Assembly (NCBI GenBank): GCA_020248405.1 | Contig: JADCHQ010000005.1 | Location: 5,708-69,707 of the forward strand | Direction: 5' to 3' | DNA length: 64,000 nucleotides | From: Rhodocyclaceae bacterium | GTDB lineage: Bacteria > Pseudomonadota > Gammaproteobacteria > Burkholderiales > Ga0077523 | Part shown: in pieces, positions 17,685-25,987 of the stretch | Layout of the letters: each line of letters begins with the position of its first letter | How positions within the stretch are numbered: the stretch's first letter is position 1 | Program-made: the position numbers and the translations under genes | The notes under the pieces: generated by a model | Seen by the model: the letters and a program-made list of their open reading frames with translations, nothing else | Told to the model about the DNA's origin: nothing | The model's database searches: none

Positions 17685-19235
17685 ATGATCCCCCTTCGGC
17701 TGCTCTGCTGCGCCCTCGCCCCCATGCTCGCCGCCTGCACGACCCTCCCGCCGTTGTCTGGCCGCACCGAAAGCCAGGCCATGGTGGACACGGACGAGAC
17801 GCCCCTGGGCCAGGCCATCGCGCCGCTGGCGGCGCAATTCCCCGGGGCAAGCGGCGTGCGCCCCCTGCCCGATCCTCTGGAGGCCTTCGCGGCGCGCCTG
17901 CTGCTGGCCCGGTCCGCCACCCGCGGTCTCGACGTGCAGTACTACATCTGGCGCGGCGACACCACGGGCCTGGTGATGCTGGACGCGCTGCGCGAGGCCG
18001 CTGCCCGCGGTGTGCGGGTGCGGCTGCTTCTGGACGACAACGGCATCGCCGGCCTGGACGATGCGCTGGCAGCGCTGGATGCCCTGGAACACGTGGAGGT
18101 GCGGCTGTTCAACCCCTTCGCTCAGCGCCGCCTGCGGGCGCTAGGGTACGTCACCGACTTCTCGCGCCTGAACCGGCGCATGCACAACAAGTCCTTCACC
18201 GCCGATGGCGTGGCCAGCATCGTGGGCGGCCGCAACGTGGGCGACGAATACTTCGGCGCTGGCGATGGCACGTTGTTCCAGGATCTGGACGTGCTCGCCG
18301 TGGGGCCCGTGGCGGCAGAGGTCTCGGCTGCGTTCGACCAGTACTGGAACAGCGCCTCGGCCTACCCGATCGGGGCGCTGGTGCCCGCACCGGATGGGCC
18401 GTCGCGGGAGCAGTTGTTGCGGCGCGCTGGCGAGGCGCGCGGCACGCCCCGGGCAGCTGCCTACGGCGAGGCGCTGGCGCGCACGCCGCTTGCGCGTGAA
18501 CTACAGGAACGCCGCCTCGATCTGGAGTGGGTGCCCGTGCGGCTGGTGACCGATGCACCCGGCAAGGTCCTGGGCAAGGCCGCGCCCGATGAGCTGCTGG
18601 CCCAGCGGCTGCGAGGGGTGATGGGCGTAGCGCGGCGCGAGGTGGACCTGGTGTCGCCGTACTTCGTGCCGGGGGCGGCCGGCACGCGTTCGCTCACGGA
18701 ACTGGCGGCCGGCGGCGTGCGGGTGCGGGTGCTCACCAATTCGCTCGCCGCCACCGATGTCTCCGCGGTGCATGCTGGCTACGCCCGCCGCCGCGAGGCG
18801 CTGGTGCGCGGCGGGGTGCGCCTGTTCGAGCTCAAGCGCAACCTGCTCTCGCCGGGCGATCCTGCCGGCCAGCCCGACCGCCGGTTGTTCGGCGGCAGTT
18901 CCGCCGCGAGCCTGCACGCCAAAACCTTCGCCGTAGACCGCGAACGGGTGTTCGTGGGGTCGTTCAACTTCGATCCACGCTCCATGTCCCTGAACACCGA
19001 GCTGGGCGTGGTGATCCACAGCACGCGCCTGGCGGGCGCCCTGTCCGACGCGCTGGAGGCGCGGCTTCCCCGGGTGGCCTACGAGGTGGTGCCAGTGGCG
19101 CGCGGCAACGGCATCGAGTGGATCGACCGGGGAGAGGGCGGCGAGGTACGCCTGTCCCGCGAGCCGGAAACGGGCGCCTGGCGGCGCTTCGGGGTCGGAC
19201 TGCTGTCGGTGCTGCCCATCGAGTGGCTGCTGTAG
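17685..19235 (+). CDS. phospholipase D family lipoprotein (two HKD motifs)
   Basis: Lipobox MIPLRLLCCALAPMLAAC. The two HKD motifs are HNKSFTADGVASIVGGRNVGDEY and LHAKTFAVDRERVFVGSFNFDPRS. Confidence 0.85.
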   Translation: MIPLRLLCCALAPMLAACTTLPPLSGRTESQAMVDTDETPLGQAIAPLAAQFPGASGVRPLPDPLEAFAARLLLARSATRGLDVQYYIWRGDTTGLVMLDALREAAARGVRVRLLLDDNGIAGLDDALAALDALEHVEVRLFNPFAQRRLRALGYVTDFSRLNRRMHNKSFTADGVASIVGGRNVGDEYFGAGDGTLFQDLDVLAVGPVAAEVSAAFDQYWNSASAYPIGALVPAPDGPSREQLLRRAGEARGTPRAAAYGEALARTPLARELQERRLDLEWVPVRLVTDAPGKVLGKAAPDELLAQRLRGVMGVARREVDLVSPYFVPGAAGTRSLTELAAGGVRVRVLTNSLAATDVSAVHAGYARRREALVRGGVRLFELKRNLLSPGDPAGQPDRRLFGGSSAASLHAKTFAVDRERVFVGSFNFDPRSMSLNTELGVVIHSTRLAGALSDALEARLPRVAYEVVPVARGNGIEWIDRGEGGEVRLSREPETGAWRRFGVGLLSVLPIEWLL

Positions 19236-19248
19236 GGGCGCCCCGCGA

Positions 19249-19422
19249 TCAGTCGGAGCCGGGCGAACCCACCTTGCGGTTTTCCTCGATGCTGCGGCCG
19301 TTGCCGAAGATGCCCCCGTCGCTGGCTGGTTGCGTGCCCGGACCGGCCTTGCCCTCCAGGCGCGCACAACCCGCCAGGACAACGATGCCCACCAGCGCCG
19401 CCACTGCCGATAATGATTTCAT
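19249..19422 (-). CDS. 57-aa lipoprotein
   Basis: ATG at 19422 preceded by AGGAGG. Lipobox MKSLSAVAALVGIVVLAGC, followed by a short Gly/Pro-rich mature part. Confidence 0.6.
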   Translation of the reverse strand: MKSLSAVAALVGIVVLAGCARLEGKAGPGTQPASDGGIFGNGRSIEENRKVGSPGSD

Positions 19423-19470
19423 CACCTGCCTCCTGGTCCCGGATTTCGGATCTGCAAATGCCACCGCGGG

Positions 19471-19917
19471 TCAGGGGGCGAGCTGAATGCGCCCGTCCAC
19501 GATGCGCACCCGGTCTCCCACCCGCAAGTCGGAGGCATCGGGCTCGTCCACACGGATGAAGCTGCCGTCGGTGAGCCTCACGATCACCTCGAAATGTATG
19601 GTGCGCAGCCGCTCGAGCATGCTGTCGCTGCCCCGCGCGCCCACCGATGTGCCGGTCTTGCCCCCACCCCAGGTGGAAGAAATGCTCGGCCCCACCAGGG
19701 CAGGCGCTGCCTGCCCGGTGACGAAGGCGAGGTTGTTGCGGGGATCTGCGGCCGTGCCAGCACGCGGCACGGGCCGCTCGCCGGCCACTTCACGTATGGA
19801 ACGGATCACGCCGCAGGCCTCGCAGGCGGCGTGGGCGGGCGCCACCTCGTTCTGCGCCACGGCAGCCAGCGGGCACAGCAGGGTCAATAGGCTGGCGCCC
19901 AGCAACAAGCGCCTCAT
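19471..19917 (-). CDS. secreted CxxC protein with C-terminal VRLxDGS...GDRV motif (related to glycine-zipper outer-membrane lipoprotein family)
   Basis: Signal peptide MRRLLLGASLLTLLCPLAAVA. Motifs ACEACGVIRSI and HFEVIVRLTDGSFIRVDEPDASDLRVGDRVRI. Its ATG overlaps the SBP stop (ATGA at 19914-19917). Confidence 0.6.
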   Translation of the reverse strand: MRRLLLGASLLTLLCPLAAVAQNEVAPAHAACEACGVIRSIREVAGERPVPRAGTAADPRNNLAFVTGQAAPALVGPSISSTWGGGKTGTSVGARGSDSMLERLRTIHFEVIVRLTDGSFIRVDEPDASDLRVGDRVRIVDGRIQLAP

Positions 19918-20771
19918 TCGGGAATCCGCTGCAGGAAATACAACGCCGAGAGCAGCACCCCGGGCTTGCCAAGCGGCCCCAGCCAGCGGTCGTACACCTC
20001 GAGAATGCGGCCGCTGCGGTACAGCGCCGCCAGTTCGCGGTTCACCGCCAGGCGAAAGGCCGCATCTCCCGGGCGCAGCGCCAGCGCGTAGGGCTCCATG
20101 GAGAAATCCTCGTCCACGATGCGGTACAGTCCGTCGCGCGGCGCATTGAGGGCCAGCCCCAGCAGCTTGATGCGGTCGGAGGCGAACCCCTGCGCCGCGC
20201 CGCTGGCGAGCAGCGCCATGCCTTCGTCGGCCGTCGCCACGGGGGTGATCTCCACCAGCAGGCCCCGCGCCTTGAGCGCCTCCACCAGCGCGCGCTCCGT
20301 GGTGGTGCCCTTGGCCACGGCGATGCGCTTGCCCGCGAAGTCGGCCAGCGCGAACAGGTCGGTTTCGTTGTTCACCAAGATGGAGCCGCCATCCACGAAG
20401 GTCATCAGGCTGAAATCCACCTGGGCCTGGCGGCCGAGTGTCCACGTGGTGGTACCGCACTCCATGTCCACCTGACCCTTGGAGAGCGCCTCGAAGCGAT
20501 TGGCCAGGGTGAGCAGCTTCCACTCCACCTTGAGGGGTTTGCCGAGTTGACGGCCCAACCCCTCGGCGATGCGGGTGCACAGTTCCACCGAATAGCCCTC
20601 CGGCACGCCATCGCCCCGGCGCGCGGAAAAAGGCCTGGCGTTGTCGTAGAACCCCAGACGGATGGTGCCGAAGCGGCGCACCTGGTCGAGCACGTTGTCA
20701 TGGGCAAACGCCGGTGCGCAGAGCAGGGGCAGCAGGAGCAACGCGGCGGCGCGCAGCAGAGGTTTGATCAT
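19914..20771 (-). CDS. amino-acid ABC transporter substrate-binding protein (family 3 SBP)
   Basis: Signal peptide MIKPLLRAAALLLLPLLCAPAFA. Pattern IRLGFYDNARPFS...GYSVELC...VDMECGTTTWT typical of polar amino-acid SBPs. No permease or ATPase gene lies adjacent. Confidence 0.85.
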   Translation of the reverse strand: MIKPLLRAAALLLLPLLCAPAFAHDNVLDQVRRFGTIRLGFYDNARPFSARRGDGVPEGYSVELCTRIAEGLGRQLGKPLKVEWKLLTLANRFEALSKGQVDMECGTTTWTLGRQAQVDFSLMTFVDGGSILVNNETDLFALADFAGKRIAVAKGTTTERALVEALKARGLLVEITPVATADEGMALLASGAAQGFASDRIKLLGLALNAPRDGLYRIVDEDFSMEPYALALRPGDAAFRLAVNRELAALYRSGRILEVYDRWLGPLGKPGVLLSALYFLQRIPE

Positions 20772-20839
20772 GGTAGCGGACAGTCCGTGGGAAAGGGGAA
20801 GACCCCGCGATGGTAACAGCGCGCCAGGGCTGCCTTCAC

Positions 20840-22402
20840 TCAGTACATGAGCTGCACGCGCCCCTGCAGCACCTGCAGCCGGCCGGGAGAGGCGCCGCCC
20901 GCGATGTGGGCGTAGCCGTAGTTGAGCTGCCAGCGCAGGTAGCGGTTCCACCACCAGTTCAGGCCCAGGGTGGTCTCGGCGATGCGCCCACCGTCCACCG
21001 GGCCGCTGCTCAGGTCCAGATAGGAGGCGCGCAGGGCGGCTTGCCAGGCGCCCCAGGTGCCCTGCTTGAGCGAAAACTCGCGGTTCGGGATGATGCGCTC
21101 GGGCACGCCCACCGCCTTGTTGTAGCCCGCTTCCTCTCCGGTGAGCATGAACGCCGCGGACACATAGGCGCCGCCGAACAAGTAGGCCCGGTCGATACCC
21201 TCGGCGCGGTTCACCATGGCCTCGCCCTGGAGCGTGAAGGGGCCTTGCATGTACACGGCCTCGCCACCGGCAAACAGAGCGCCACGCGACTTGATGTTGC
21301 CCGTGTCCACCAGGAAGGGCGCGAGAAAACTCTCCGGCCGCGCCCGGTAGCGCACTTCGGACTCGGCCGCCAGGGTGAGCGCGCCGCTCACGCCCAGGTG
21401 CAGCAGCCGGCGGCCGCCCTTGCCGCCGTCTTCCAACAGCGGCAGGGCCGTCAGGCGCGCCGTGGGCCGCACCAGCGACTGGGTCTGATCGCCGAAGTTC
21501 AGGCCCGGATCGGCGCCCACGGAGTACAGGCCCAGGGTGAGGCTGGACCGCTCGCCGCGCAGCGGGCGATCCATCTGCACGCCCATGCGGTTGCCGGGCG
21601 CGAAGGCCAGCACCGGCAGGCCCGGCTCCATGAAGGTGTTGCCGCCGAAGGGCGAGAGGTTTTCCAGGGTCTGCTGCACGGTGAGATAGCCGAAGCTCAG
21701 GTTTTGCACCCAGGGCAGTTCGCGCCAGCGCACGTTGGCCTGGTGCAGGTAGAACTGGCCGTCGATCACGCCCAGTTGCAGCGCGTAGGAAGTGGTGGGG
21801 CTCCAGTCGCCGGTGGTGTAGAAGCGCAGCGCGCGCAGGGCGGTGTCGCCAGGGACCGGCGCGAGGCGCTCGCCGGTCTCGAAGCCGCCGGCGTCCAGCG
21901 AGGCGCGCACACCTATGCGGCCGGTGACACGTACTTCCTCCCGCACAACGACCTCACCGTCGGACCAGGGAATGGGTATCACCACCGGTTGCACGATCTG
22001 GTAGCGCAGCCCCTGGTCGATCCACAGCCGCAGCAGATCGTCGCGCCGCGCCTGCACGGGCGCCTGCACCGCTTCGGGCTTAGCCTCGGGCAGATCGCTG
22101 GCGGTACGGTCGGGCTCGGGCACGGGCGCGCCGCCCGCCGCGGGCACCACGGCCGCGGCGGCGGGCGCTGCCGCCTCTTCTGCGGACACCGTGCGCTCGA
22201 TGGTCTTGACCCGCTCGCGCGGCACCTTGAGTTCCCCCAGGGCTTCGGAGCGGAACAAGATGACGCTGCCCTCTTCGGACAGCACCGTGCCCGACAGCCG
22301 CTCGCCGCTGTCCAGCAGCAGAGCGTCGGCGCGCGCCGCGGGGCCCGCCAAGACGAGCCATGCCAACAGGGCGGCGCCCGCGCGCCGCGGTCCGCGCCGC
22401 AT
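20840..22402 (-). CDS. phosphate-selective porin O/P (OprO/OprP) family outer-membrane protein with N-terminal extension
   Basis: Signal peptide MRRGPRRAGAALLAWLVLAGPAARA. The C-terminal beta-barrel end is LGLNWWWNRYLRWQLNYGYA...RVQLMY. The start lies 2 nt after the glsA stop. Confidence 0.75.
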   Translation of the reverse strand: MRRGPRRAGAALLAWLVLAGPAARADALLLDSGERLSGTVLSEEGSVILFRSEALGELKVPRERVKTIERTVSAEEAAAPAAAAVVPAAGGAPVPEPDRTASDLPEAKPEAVQAPVQARRDDLLRLWIDQGLRYQIVQPVVIPIPWSDGEVVVREEVRVTGRIGVRASLDAGGFETGERLAPVPGDTALRALRFYTTGDWSPTTSYALQLGVIDGQFYLHQANVRWRELPWVQNLSFGYLTVQQTLENLSPFGGNTFMEPGLPVLAFAPGNRMGVQMDRPLRGERSSLTLGLYSVGADPGLNFGDQTQSLVRPTARLTALPLLEDGGKGGRRLLHLGVSGALTLAAESEVRYRARPESFLAPFLVDTGNIKSRGALFAGGEAVYMQGPFTLQGEAMVNRAEGIDRAYLFGGAYVSAAFMLTGEEAGYNKAVGVPERIIPNREFSLKQGTWGAWQAALRASYLDLSSGPVDGGRIAETTLGLNWWWNRYLRWQLNYGYAHIAGGASPGRLQVLQGRVQLMY

Positions 22403-22404
22403 GA

Positions 22405-23439
22405 TCAGCGCGAAGCCTCGAACACGTTGGCGCCCAGTTCGGCCGCGATGTACTCGATGGCCTTCATGGCGCGAATGCTGTTGCCGGCGGCGTTCAGCCG
22501 CGGCGAGAACCCGACGATGGCGGCGCGGCCGGGCACCACCGCCACGATGCCGCCGCCCACGCCCGTCTTGCCGGGCAAGCCCGCGCTCCAGGCCCAGGCG
22601 CCCGCTTCGTTGTAGAAACCGGCCATCATCATCACCGCCAGCAGATGCGCCACGTGGTCGCCCTTCATCACCCGCTTGCCGCTCATGGGGTTCACGCCGC
22701 GGTTGGCGAGGGTGGCGCCCATGACGGCCAATTGCTTCGCGGTGACGCCGATGGAGCACTGCCGGGTGTACACGTCCACCGCCTCCAGCGGATCGGCGTA
22801 CAGGCGGCCCTTGTTGGCCAGGATGTAGGCGATGCCGCGATTGTTCTGGTTGGTGGCCGCCTCGGAGCGATACACATCCTCGACCACCACGAGCCGGTCC
22901 GCAGCCATGCGCTCGTACCAGCCCATGATCTTGGCGAAACGCTCGCCGGGGCTGCTGGCGGTCACCAGGCTCACAGCAGCAATGGCGCCGGCATTGACCA
23001 TGGGATTGGCGGACATCTGCGGCAGCAACTGGGTGGCGATGATGGAATTGAAGGGCAGGCCGGTGGGCTCAACACCGATCTTGTCCACGATCACGCCCGG
23101 GCTCTGCTCTTCCATCACCAGCGCGGCGGTGAAGGGCTTGGAGACGGACTGGATGGAGAAGGCGTGATCCGTATCGCCGGCGGTGAACACCTCGCCCTTG
23201 ACGGTGACCACGGCCACGCCGAACAGCTCGGAGGGCACCTTGGCAAGTTCGGGGATGTAGTCGGCGTTGGCGCCGTCCTTCACATCCTTGAAGCGGGCGT
23301 GGGCCTGTGACACGAGCCGGGTGAGGCGCTCGGCGCTCCACGGGTCGGGCTCGCGGGCCTGCAAGGGCACGGAATGGAGCCACACCAGCATGGCCAGCGT
23401 AATTGCGGCGCAGAGCGCGCCGCGGGGGCGGGGGTTCAT
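22405..23439 (-). CDS. glsA: glutaminase A with predicted signal peptide
   Basis: Motifs DYIPELAKV, FSIQSVSKPF, NPMVNAGAI and LPGKTGVGGGIVAV. The N-terminus MNPRPRGALCAAITLAMLVWLHSVPLQA looks like a Sec signal. Confidence 0.9.
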   Translation of the reverse strand: MNPRPRGALCAAITLAMLVWLHSVPLQAREPDPWSAERLTRLVSQAHARFKDVKDGANADYIPELAKVPSELFGVAVVTVKGEVFTAGDTDHAFSIQSVSKPFTAALVMEEQSPGVIVDKIGVEPTGLPFNSIIATQLLPQMSANPMVNAGAIAAVSLVTASSPGERFAKIMGWYERMAADRLVVVEDVYRSEAATNQNNRGIAYILANKGRLYADPLEAVDVYTRQCSIGVTAKQLAVMGATLANRGVNPMSGKRVMKGDHVAHLLAVMMMAGFYNEAGAWAWSAGLPGKTGVGGGIVAVVPGRAAIVGFSPRLNAAGNSIRAMKAIEYIAAELGANVFEASR

Positions 23440-23652
23440 CCTCTCGTTCTCCTGGCGGGGCAAACCCCGGGCGGTTCCGGGGCATTCCGCGCGGATAGTG
23501 CCGGGAGGACGCGGGGTGTGCAATGCCACGGGCAGCGGCCCCCGGTGCTGACCGGCGCCGTTGTCAGGCAGGCCTGCGACACGGTCGCAATCGCTGGCGG
23601 GTCCTGGCGGGGTCGGTTAGGCTGTGCGCACACCCTGCCGCGCGCGCCCGCC

Positions 23653-24312
23653 ATGGAATTCGTCCTGCTCGCCTTGCCCGCCCTGCTGTCCATCATCAAC
23701 CCGCTGGGCGGCGCCTTCATCTTCCTCGGGGCCACGGAGGGCATGCCCAGGGCGCTGCGCAACCGGCTGGCGCGCTGGGTGGCCATCCACGGCTTCGTGC
23801 TGCTCAACGTGTCGCTGTACGTGGGCGCCTACGTGCTGGAGTTCTTCGGCATCTCCATGCCGGTGCTGCGGGTGGCTGGCGGCATCATCATCGCCACCAC
23901 CGGCTGGGGCCTGCTGCACGCCGACGACAGGCCGCAGGCCGACCGCGCCCGCCAGCTGGCGCCTGGCAGGCCCCCCAGCCAGATGGCCTTCTATCCCCTC
24001 ACCATGCCGCTCACCACCGGGCCAGGCACCATCTCGGTGGCCATCTCGCTGGGCACCAACCGGCCGCCGGGGGCAGAAGGCCTGCTGCGCTTCGCGCTGG
24101 CGGCCACCTTCACCACCGTGTTCATCTGCGCGCTCATCTACCTTGCCTACCGCTCGGCAGAGCGGGTGGGCCGGGCGATCGGGCCCACCGGCACCATCAT
24201 CCTGCTGCGCCTGTCGGCCTTCCTGCTGTTCTGCATCGGCATCCAGGTGTTCTGGAACGGTGTGCACGAGCTCTTCGGGATCCTGCTGGAGGAGGCGCGC
24301 CAAGCGGGCTGA
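23653..24312 (+). CDS. MarC family (UPF0056) membrane protein
   Basis: The start MEFVLLALPALLSIINPLGG and the block FYPLTMPLTTGPGTISV are typical of the MarC family. 219 aa with 6 TM helices. Confidence 0.85.
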   Translation: MEFVLLALPALLSIINPLGGAFIFLGATEGMPRALRNRLARWVAIHGFVLLNVSLYVGAYVLEFFGISMPVLRVAGGIIIATTGWGLLHADDRPQADRARQLAPGRPPSQMAFYPLTMPLTTGPGTISVAISLGTNRPPGAEGLLRFALAATFTTVFICALIYLAYRSAERVGRAIGPTGTIILLRLSAFLLFCIGIQVFWNGVHELFGILLEEARQAG

Positions 24313-24319
24313 ACCGCGT

Positions 24320-24350
24320 GCCTCGCCCGCCGCGAAACGCCGGGCGAGGC
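24320..24350. terminator. 10-bp-stem hairpin (GCCTCGCCCG/CGGGCGAGGC) between convergent genes
   Basis: Perfect inverted repeat with an 11-nt loop, read from the sequence. There is no U-tract, so function as a terminator is uncertain. Confidence 0.35.
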
Positions 24351-24382
24351 GGCCGTGCCCGAGCCCCGGCGCCGCCGCGCAC

Positions 24383-25882
24383 TCACCCCTCCGCCCGCGC
24401 CTCCACCCGCCCGGCGCGCACCGCCGCCACCAGGGCAGCGTGATCCTGCTCGTTGCGATCGGCGTAGCGCGCGGCGAAAGCCGTCATGGCGTCCTCGAAG
24501 GCGTCGCTGGCACCGAGGTAGCCGGTGAGCATCACCGCGTCGCCGGTGCGCTTGTGGGCCCGCGCCAGCGCCCAGCCGCAGGCCGAGGCGTAGGCGCGCA
24601 GGTTGACCGGCTTCATGATCTCCACCATGGGCTTGATCTTGGCGTCGCGCAGCTGCCGCACGTAGAAGTGCTTGCCCGTGAAGCCACCGGTCATCCAGCC
24701 CAGGAAGATGTCGGCGCCGGCCTGCAGCAGCCGCTGGCCGAACACCACGCGCTCACCGGAGTGGGCGAAGGGCAGACGCCCGCAATAGGGCTCGAGAACC
24801 GAGGCGCGCGCCTCCTTGAACTGCAGGAACAGCGGGTCGCCGTTGCCCGACACCATGAGGGCGATGCCGCAGTACGTGCCGACGCTGCCGACGCCCACCA
24901 CCTTCACCGCCACGTCGGCCAGCCGGTAGCGCTCCACCAGCATGCGCCGCTCCGGGGGCAGGGTGGCCACGTACTGCGCGATCATGCCCTCCACCATGGC
25001 GCGGTAACCGGTCTGGCGCTCCAGGTCGGAGTCGTGAAAGATAAGCGGTGGCTCATCGCGGATGCGCGGCTGGCCGCCGGACTCCACCGTGAGCTTGGTG
25101 TACTCCTTCAGGTGCGCCGACTCGCCCTGGGCCTTGCGGATGCGCTTCAGATTGAGCCGCTTCATTTCCTCGTCGGGGCCAGCCAGCACGAGCTTTTCCA
25201 AGTCGATGGCCTCGTAGTAGGCGTCGAGCACGGGCATTTCCGCGTAACGGGCCATGTTCTCGCGGTAGCTGCGCGCCGCGGTCCAGGCCGCCTCGCGGCA
25301 GTCTGCCGCGCGAAAGCCGTTGGCGCGCCCGGCAATGACGAAGCTCGCCGCCAGCCGCGCCACGTCCCACTCCCACGGGGCCACCGACACCTCGTCGAAA
25401 TCGTTGATATCGAACACCAGCCGCCGCTCCGGAGTGGCGAAGCCGCCGAAGTTCATGAGGTGGCAGTCGCCGCACGCCACCACGCTCAAGCCCGTGACGT
25501 GCGCGAAGGACAGGTCGTGGGCCATGACCGCGGCAGCGCCTCGGTAGAAGGCGAAGGGACTGGCCATCATGCGGCCATAGCGGATGGGCAGCAGTTCGGG
25601 CACGCGGCCTGCGCTGCTGGCCACCAGCAGGTCCACCGGATCGGCGCGCCGCGCATCGGGCTGCCAGTTCGCCAGGACCTCGCGCGCCACGCGCTCGCGC
25701 AGCGCCTTGCCTGCGGCCCGCCGCTCGGCGTGGGGGGCGCCGTGGGACTGCTCGGGCAGGCGCGCAACCGGGGGTGTGGCGGCGGCGCGGCGCGCCGGGC
25801 GCCGGGCCGCCGGCGCCTTGGCTGCTGCGGTCGTCTTGCGGGTGGACGGTTTCGGGGTACGGGGCTTGCGGGGCTGGGACAC
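24383..25882 (-). CDS. DUF2252 domain-containing protein with Lys/Pro/Ala-rich N-terminal tail
   Basis: Block LLPIRYGRMMASPFAFYRGAAAVMAHDL...CGDCHLMNFG matches DUF2252 as I recall it. The GTG at 25882 is preceded by GAGGA; the ORF is open up to 25951. Confidence 0.8.
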   Translation of the reverse strand: MSQPRKPRTPKPSTRKTTAAAKAPAARRPARRAAATPPVARLPEQSHGAPHAERRAAGKALRERVAREVLANWQPDARRADPVDLLVASSAGRVPELLPIRYGRMMASPFAFYRGAAAVMAHDLSFAHVTGLSVVACGDCHLMNFGGFATPERRLVFDINDFDEVSVAPWEWDVARLAASFVIAGRANGFRAADCREAAWTAARSYRENMARYAEMPVLDAYYEAIDLEKLVLAGPDEEMKRLNLKRIRKAQGESAHLKEYTKLTVESGGQPRIRDEPPLIFHDSDLERQTGYRAMVEGMIAQYVATLPPERRMLVERYRLADVAVKVVGVGSVGTYCGIALMVSGNGDPLFLQFKEARASVLEPYCGRLPFAHSGERVVFGQRLLQAGADIFLGWMTGGFTGKHFYVRQLRDAKIKPMVEIMKPVNLRAYASACGWALARAHKRTGDAVMLTGYLGASDAFEDAMTAFAARYADRNEQDHAALVAAVRAGRVEARAEG

Positions 25883-25987
25883 GGCGGAATCCTCGGGTGG
25901 TTTCCATCTGGGACAGAGCTGCCGTTTACGCCGCGGCGCGCGCGGGTGCAACTGACCCTGCGCAAGGCGCCCGCCGCCCGTGCCCGC

